Shown one piece after another: positions 58,194-64,000 of a stretch of 64,000 nucleotides of DNA (its first letter is position 1; every line of letters begins with the position of its first letter). Under the pieces are notes generated by a model that did not search any database, was not told where the DNA came from, and saw nothing but the letters and a program-made list of their open reading frames with translations. A program made the position numbers and the translations under genes. Origin of the DNA: Candidatus Latescibacterota bacterium (lineage in GTDB: Bacteria; Latescibacterota; UBA2968); NCBI GenBank assembly GCA_965207885.1, contig OZ242311.1:5664001-5728000 (forward strand), read 5' to 3'.

Positions 58194-60113
58194 ATGGACC
58201 CCCGATGGCAAAACCTCCCGCACACCAACACCGAATTTACGCCCGCAACATATCCCGACCGCGAAACCTGGGAACGAGAAAAGGCGAGACTCAAAAAGCA
58301 AATCCTCTTTGCCGCAGGACTCTGGCCAATGCCCGAAAAACCCCCGCTCGACATCCACATCTACGACCGCATTGAACGAGACGGGTACACCATCGAAAAA
58401 GCCTACTTTCAGAGCTTGCCCAACTTCTACGTGGGCGGCAGCCTCTTTCGCCCCCTCAACCCACAACCCAAAAGCCACCCCGGCATCTTAAGCCCACACG
58501 GACATGCACAACTGGGCCGCATACAACACGGGGACACATCCTATCCGGGCCGGGGCATCACCTTTGCCCGAATGGGCTGCACGGCCTTCATGTGGGACAT
58601 GGTCGATTACAACGACAGCGCCCGACATCTCTCCGGCGCATACCAGGAAGAAACCTACGGTGTTGTACACCGCGCCCCCTGGCCCCACAAACAAGATGAC
58701 CGCATGCTCTGGAACATCGGCATCCTGGGCTTTCAACTCTGGAACAGCATCCGCGCACTCGACTTCCTCTGCGAACTCCCCGAAGTCGATACCAACCGCC
58801 TGGGCTGCACGGGCGAATCGGGCGGAGGCACTCAAACCTATAACCTCTATGCCGTTGACGACCGCCTGCACGTCGCCGCACCCGTCTGCATGGTCTCCGC
58901 CTACATGCAAGGCGGCTGTGTCTGTGAAAACGCCCCCCTATTGCGCATCGACACCAACAACGTCGATATCGGCGCCACCTTCGCGCCCAAACCCCTCATC
59001 CTCGTCAGTTCCTCACAGGACTGGACGCAACACACCCCCGACGTCGAATACCCCGCCATCAAACGCATATACGACCTCTACGACGCCGACGACAGCATCT
59101 CTCAAATCCAGATAGACGCACCCCACGGCTACAACCTCGAAATGCGCGAAGCCGTGTACCGCTGGTTCGCCCGCTGGCTCGACCTGCCCTATGGCGACGA
59201 CTTTCGCGAACCCCCCTTTGAAGTTGAAGAACACAAAGACATGCTCGCCTTTTTCAATGGCCTGCCCGACGGCGCAATCACCCAACACGCAGACCTCATC
59301 CGCCAGTGCATCGCCGCATCCAAAACCGCACTGGAAACCTATCGCCCAAACACCCCCGACGCCCTCGCCGCAAATCGACGCACCCTGGGCGAAGCCCTGC
59401 GTATAACCGTTGGCTACGACCACAGCACCGTCACATATCAACACAACACTCAAAAAGACGGCACACTCATCGGCAACCGCCGCAATGTGCGCGTCCCCAT
59501 CCGCACCTTCACACCCGAAACCCCGTCCGACACATCCACCCTCTTAATTCACCCGCACGGCCTGGACGCCCTGTACTCACCCATCATCGAGGCCCTCCTC
59601 GACAAAAATCACACCGTCTATGCCATAGACCCCTTCGGCACGGGCCAAAACATCGGCGAAGAAAATCCCGAAGAACCGCGCGGAGGCGGGAAATTCTTCA
59701 ACACCTTTAACCGCACCGATGACGCCGAACGCATATACGACATCGCACTCGCATTGCGCCACATCCCCGATGGCCCGGTAAACATCGTCGGCTTTGGCAA
59801 TGCCGGACTCTGGACCATCATCGCAGGTGCAATCACAGAACGCACCGACCTGCAAATCGCATCCGACATCAACGCATTCAACACCGCAACCGAAAACGAC
59901 TATCTCAAACACCTGCCCATCCCCGGCATACTCAAAGCGGGTGGATTGCCAAACGCCGCAGCACTCATCGCCCCGAACAACTTGCTCTTACACAACACGG
60001 GCGATACCTTCGACACCTCCTGGGCAGAAGCGGCCTACGCGCTTTATCCCGAAGCAACGCTGACAATAAAAGATGACCTTGCAAAAAACGAGGACCTGAT
60101 CGATTTTTTGTAA
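58194..60113 (+). CDS. Alpha/beta hydrolase (acetyl xylan esterase-like)
   Basis: LSPHGH, IRALDFL, GESGGG nucleophile elbow, GGCVCE, FAPKP, HGY. Confidence 0.82.
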   Translation: MDPRWQNLPHTNTEFTPATYPDRETWEREKARLKKQILFAAGLWPMPEKPPLDIHIYDRIERDGYTIEKAYFQSLPNFYVGGSLFRPLNPQPKSHPGILSPHGHAQLGRIQHGDTSYPGRGITFARMGCTAFMWDMVDYNDSARHLSGAYQEETYGVVHRAPWPHKQDDRMLWNIGILGFQLWNSIRALDFLCELPEVDTNRLGCTGESGGGTQTYNLYAVDDRLHVAAPVCMVSAYMQGGCVCENAPLLRIDTNNVDIGATFAPKPLILVSSSQDWTQHTPDVEYPAIKRIYDLYDADDSISQIQIDAPHGYNLEMREAVYRWFARWLDLPYGDDFREPPFEVEEHKDMLAFFNGLPDGAITQHADLIRQCIAASKTALETYRPNTPDALAANRRTLGEALRITVGYDHSTVTYQHNTQKDGTLIGNRRNVRVPIRTFTPETPSDTSTLLIHPHGLDALYSPIIEALLDKNHTVYAIDPFGTGQNIGEENPEEPRGGGKFFNTFNRTDDAERIYDIALALRHIPDGPVNIVGFGNAGLWTIIAGAITERTDLQIASDINAFNTATENDYLKHLPIPGILKAGGLPNAAALIAPNNLLLHNTGDTFDTSWAEAAYALYPEATLTIKDDLAKNEDLIDFL

Positions 60114-60122
60114 AAAACCTTC

Positions 60123-60181
60123 TGGATCGCGGCTCAAGCATGCCCCTGCATGATTTAAGCAGGGGACCATACCGCGATGAC
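60123..60181. repeat. REP-like palindrome copy 4 with nested 28-nt hairpin
   Basis: TGGATCGCGG...CCGCGATGAC; insert at 60138-60165. Confidence 0.8.
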
Positions 60182-60236
60182 GGCTCTATAACGCCTGATT
60201 TGCTGACCGCTTAACATATAAAACAGGAAAACAACC

Positions 60237-61502
60237 ATGAACGACCAAATGCAACACGCCCGCGACGTCGCGCTCAACATCCTCAAACCGTCACAGCGCG
60301 ACATAGAACACGGCCTGGAACTTCACGAACACGCCCTCGTCATCGAATCCTACGGCCTTGGTCTGCGCTCACCCGTCGATCCCGACCCCGTCAACGCAGC
60401 CATAGCAGCAGGCGCATCTGACCGCGAACTGCAAGACCTCACCGAAGACATGGGCATGACCCGCTGGGCACTCACCCCTGAACTCCGACGAGAATACCGG
60501 GAAATCTGGCGTGCCTCTGGCGTCACCTGCACCTTTCAAAACGCAGGCGAAGAATGCAACGACCCCCTGCGCATCATCAAACGCCTTGCTCGACACACAT
60601 ACAACACCGACGCCATGCCCGACTTACTCCAGCGCGTCACCACACCCGACGACATCGCGGCAGCCCACAAAGCGGGCAAACGCTGCACCTATCTCACCTG
60701 CAACGGCATTCCACTCGCCGGCGACCAGGCCAATCCGGACGAAGAACTGCGCTATATCCGCGTCTTTGCACAACTGGGCGCGCGCATGATGCACCTCACG
60801 TACAACCGCCGCAACCCCATCGGAGATGGCTGCGGCGAACCCAACGACGCGGGCTTGAGCGACTTTGGACACGCCACAGTCGCCGAAATGAACCGCCTCG
60901 GCATCATCATAGACCTCGCCCACACCGGCTGGCAAACCTGCCTCGACACAGCAAAAGCATCCGCACAACCCGTCGTCGTCAGCCACTCCGTCGCCTGCAC
61001 AGTCAATGAACACATCCGAAGCAAACCCGACAACATCATCCGCGCGGTACTCGACACCGGAGGCACCATGGGCATCACCAATGTACCCGCATTCCTCGGC
61101 GGCAGCGGCGACATCAGTGCATTCCTCGACCACATCGACTACGTCGCCAAAACCTTTGGCACTGACGCCGTCACCATCGGCACGGATCGAGGCTACCCCT
61201 CAAAATACAGCGCCGAAGCCAACCGCAAACTCAACCCCCGTCCCAGACAGCGCAACCGCTGGGAGGCACTCTGGCCGCCCGGAGACCCGCTCCGTTCCCC
61301 CGAATGGCGACAACCCCACCAGGAACAAAGCCTCACCTGGACCAACTGGCCCCTCTTCACCGTCGGCCTTGTACAACGGGGCTACAGCGACGACGACATC
61401 GCAAAAATCATCGGCGGTAATATCCTTCGCGTAGCAAAAGACGTCTGGAAAGATTCGGCTTATGCCGTCTCAGCTGAAAATATCCAAAAGAGGCCGAAGT
61501 GA
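60237..61502 (+). CDS. Membrane dipeptidase family (M19)
   Basis: LTYNRRN..GDG..E, GLSDFG, IDLAH, SHS, HIDY, IGTD, GGN.LR. Confidence 0.85.
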   Translation: MNDQMQHARDVALNILKPSQRDIEHGLELHEHALVIESYGLGLRSPVDPDPVNAAIAAGASDRELQDLTEDMGMTRWALTPELRREYREIWRASGVTCTFQNAGEECNDPLRIIKRLARHTYNTDAMPDLLQRVTTPDDIAAAHKAGKRCTYLTCNGIPLAGDQANPDEELRYIRVFAQLGARMMHLTYNRRNPIGDGCGEPNDAGLSDFGHATVAEMNRLGIIIDLAHTGWQTCLDTAKASAQPVVVSHSVACTVNEHIRSKPDNIIRAVLDTGGTMGITNVPAFLGGSGDISAFLDHIDYVAKTFGTDAVTIGTDRGYPSKYSAEANRKLNPRPRQRNRWEALWPPGDPLRSPEWRQPHQEQSLTWTNWPLFTVGLVQRGYSDDDIAKIIGGNILRVAKDVWKDSAYAVSAENIQKRPK

Positions 61503-61573
61503 TGCGTGGAGTTTCTGTTGACTATAGGATTAGAAATTAATAAAATAGCGCGACAACAATAAAAAGGTAGAAG

Positions 61574-61978
61574 ATGCCAGCACGAATCGAGTTAAATCCG
61601 CCATGGCCGTGGGCAAGCAAATTCCGGATTGCCCAGGGCGTGCAGGTTGGAAACAGAGTATATGTCTCGGGACAGGTCGCTTTTGACCCACGGGGCAACG
61701 TGGTTGGCCGGGACAATATGGGCGCACAGGCAAGTCAAGTGTTCGAGAATATCCGAGCGGTTCTCGCCGAAGCGGGTGCGACAATGGATGACGTGGTAAA
61801 AATTACGGCGTTCATCACCGACATGAGCCGGTACGCGGACTATACTGCGGCGCGTGCAGAGGCGTTTCCGAATAATATCCCTGCCAGTGCCACAGTCGCA
61901 ACACCAACACTGGTAAGCCCCGATCTGCTCGTCGAGGTTGATGCGGTTGCGGAGATTGGCAGCGGGAAAAGAGCGTGA
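61574..61978 (+). CDS. RidA/YjgF family protein
   Basis: VYVSGQVA, DVVKI, R...F, PAS, LVEVDAVA. Confidence 0.88.
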   Translation: MPARIELNPPWPWASKFRIAQGVQVGNRVYVSGQVAFDPRGNVVGRDNMGAQASQVFENIRAVLAEAGATMDDVVKITAFITDMSRYADYTAARAEAFPNNIPASATVATPTLVSPDLLVEVDAVAEIGSGKRA

Positions 61979-62040
61979 TTGCAAACCGCTTTTCATTCCG
62001 CGGGCATCTTCATTGTGAAAGCATACTTTTAGGAGAAATC

Positions 62041-63174
62041 ATGGGCATCGACAAAGCGCGTCAAATCTACGAAGACCTGGGCGTTGTTCCTGTAATCAAC
62101 GCATCGGGATATCAAACAGTCATCGGCGGGTCGCGTGTGGGCACTGAAGTGCAAGCTGCAATGGACACAGCGAATCGCTACTTTGCGGACATGGACGAAC
62201 TACTCAAAAAAACCGGTACACTCATCGCCGACACCCTCGGCGCAGAAGCGGCAATGGTCACACCCGGATGCGCGGCGGCATTAGCTCTCAGCTCAGCCGC
62301 CTGCATGTCGGGTAGCGACCCCGAAAAAATGGAACAACTACCCGATACCACGGGCATGAAACACCACATTTTGATACAAAAAAAACAGCGCTATCACTAC
62401 GACCCGGTACTCACTGTTTTCGGCGCCAAACTCATAGAAGTCGGCGATGAAAACGGAACAACCGAAGCCCAACTCGAAGCCGCCATATCAGACCAGACCG
62501 CAGCCATCCACTATTTCGCCCCCGGAGGCCAGGAAGGCGTCCTATCCCCCGAAGACGTCGTCCGCATCGCCCACGCCAACGGGATACCCGTCATCGTCGA
62601 TGCAGCAAGCCAGGTCTATCCCCTCGAAACCATGCTAAAATATCCCGACATGGGCGCAGATCTGATCGGCTACGGCGCCAAATACATTGGCTCGTGTCAC
62701 TCCACGGGTATCCTATGCGGGCGCAAAGACCTGATCGACGCCGCCTTTCTCCACTCCTTCATCGGTTATGAAACCTCCCCCTACGACACCATAGGCCGCC
62801 CGCTAAAAGTGGATCGGCAAGAAGTCATCGCCGTCGTCGTTGCCCTGCGCGAATGGTTCAGCATGGACCACGGAGCGCGCCTATCCGCCTACAAACGCAA
62901 AGCCGAAGCACTACTCTCAAACCTGAAAGACATCCCCCACATCGCAGCCAAATTCTCGGCCGACTCACGAGGCCTGAGCGATGGCGTACACATCACCGTT
63001 GATGAAACCGCACTGGGCAAAACTGCGGTGCAAATAATCGAAGAACTTCGACAGGGCAATCCAGCCGTATGGACACGCGGCAGTGCAAACACCTTTCGCG
63101 TTGCCGTAACAAATCTCATCGAAGACGACCAGGAAATCGTCACCGCACGCCTGCGCGAAGTATTGACTGGATAA
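62041..63174 (+). CDS. SelA-related PLP-dependent enzyme (DgaE-like)
   Basis: VINASG.QT..GGS, IVDAA, GADL..YGAK, IGRPLKVDRQE; AGGAG RBS. Confidence 0.8.
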   Translation: MGIDKARQIYEDLGVVPVINASGYQTVIGGSRVGTEVQAAMDTANRYFADMDELLKKTGTLIADTLGAEAAMVTPGCAAALALSSAACMSGSDPEKMEQLPDTTGMKHHILIQKKQRYHYDPVLTVFGAKLIEVGDENGTTEAQLEAAISDQTAAIHYFAPGGQEGVLSPEDVVRIAHANGIPVIVDAASQVYPLETMLKYPDMGADLIGYGAKYIGSCHSTGILCGRKDLIDAAFLHSFIGYETSPYDTIGRPLKVDRQEVIAVVVALREWFSMDHGARLSAYKRKAEALLSNLKDIPHIAAKFSADSRGLSDGVHITVDETALGKTAVQIIEELRQGNPAVWTRGSANTFRVAVTNLIEDDQEIVTARLREVLTG

Positions 63175-63200
63175 TCTCGCGACACCAAATCCCAACACAA

Positions 63201-63234
63201 AAAACGCCATCAGCAAAATAGCTGATGGCGTTTT
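63201..63234. terminator. Bidirectional terminator
   Basis: AAAACGCCATCAGC/GCTGATGGCGTTTT. Confidence 0.85.
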
Positions 63235-63288
63235 ACTTACCTCCGCACCGTAATATTTTGAAGACCTGTAACGGAGACAAAATCTATA

Positions 63289-63942
63289 CTATTGCCCGAA
63301 TCTTACAATCTGAAAAAAGTTATCCGTTTGGATGATTTGTCCTCTGGTATTGGATTTTAGAGAATCCAAAAGAGAAGAGAATTTCTCTCCACTCATTGAC
63401 ATTACAACCGGTGTGACACTTATTGTATCGGATAAATTAAGCATCCCTCGAAGATAGGTTTCAGGCACACTGCGAAGTGTGAGAACACCGATAGTATCAG
63501 ACATACTCCCACTCACGCGAATACTATCAGTGAGTCTCGCCAAGTAAAAATAATATATATCTTCGGGAGGTGGCATCCACGCACCTTCGGGCAAATGCCT
63601 CACCGTTCTGAAACTGAGGGTGCCTCTTATAGCAAGATACGGATCATTGACGAAATATTCTCCAGAGAAACTCTCAAACTGTCTATACATTGGATTACCA
63701 GTATAACGAAAATAACGATCAGCACGGGTGCCAAAGGAATAAGTTAATAACGTCCATGTCGCCATCCAAGAACCAGCGAGGTTGTCATAACTCAGTTCTT
63801 TATACTGGGGTTCTGGTCTTGGTTCTGGCTTCTGTTCCGGTCCCGTTATCGATTCTGGCTCTGGCTCTATATCTGGTCCAGCACTTTTATTCCCGCAACT
63901 CAGGATGAAAAACGCAAGCAGAATACACCAAAAGCGGGTCAT
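63289..63942 (-). CDS. Hypothetical lipoprotein with Pro/Glu-rich linker
   Basis: ILSC lipobox; PEPE/KPEPRPEP linker; GGAGG RBS. Confidence 0.65.
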   Translation of the reverse strand: MTRFWCILLAFFILSCGNKSAGPDIEPEPESITGPEQKPEPRPEPQYKELSYDNLAGSWMATWTLLTYSFGTRADRYFRYTGNPMYRQFESFSGEYFVNDPYLAIRGTLSFRTVRHLPEGAWMPPPEDIYYFYLARLTDSIRVSGSMSDTIGVLTLRSVPETYLRGMLNLSDTISVTPVVMSMSGEKFSSLLDSLKSNTRGQIIQTDNFFQIVRFGQ

Positions 63943-64000
63943 GGCGACCTCCGCTTAAGTTTAGATAGTTATTTTATGGCTGCGAGACTTTTGGACCTTC

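Noticed and set aside
49846-60181. CRISPR array or integron attC array
   Set aside because: Repeats are dispersed with no regular spacers; no cas gene, integrase or attC RYYYAAC/GTTRRRY ends
62041-63174. Bona fide selA completing the Sec machinery
   Set aside because: Only ~377 aa, lacks the SelA N-terminal domain and the HTNLGR motif, lies 25 kb from selD/selC and follows RidA; fits the SelA-related DgaE-like lyases

Overview
Bacterial chromosomal segment with about 55 genes, mostly catabolic: four Cys-type sulfatases, GH2, a galactonate dehydratase, SDR, Gfo/Idh/MocA and TIM-barrel isomerases, korAB, gltA and msrP. The + strand is strongly C/A-rich. Gene content suggests a Latescibacterota/Gemmatimonadota-like heterotroph, possibly host-associated; this is inference only. 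Highlights: (1) a selenium operon that the ORF track splits at in-frame UGA codons, comprising a Sec-containing ResA/TlpA-like redoxin (WASW-U-GC), Sec-containing SelD (CGG-U) and tRNA-Sec, with a SECIS-like hairpin after each UGA; (2) a GOLPH3/GPP34-domain::cytochrome P450 fusion followed by a sulfotransferase, converging on a HAL2-type PAP phosphatase and two S1/P1-like Zn enzymes; (3) a CBS-korA-korB::CBS operon; (4) a sigma54-driven pair of orphan ABC permeases; (5) an island with HicBA, four orphan antitoxins and an AT-rich RxxxxH (HEPN-like) gene; (6) REP-like palindromes, two of which carry a nested, covarying 28-nt hairpin; (7) short duplications of gene ends that flank inserted DNA. 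All calls come from reading the sequence; no database searches were run.
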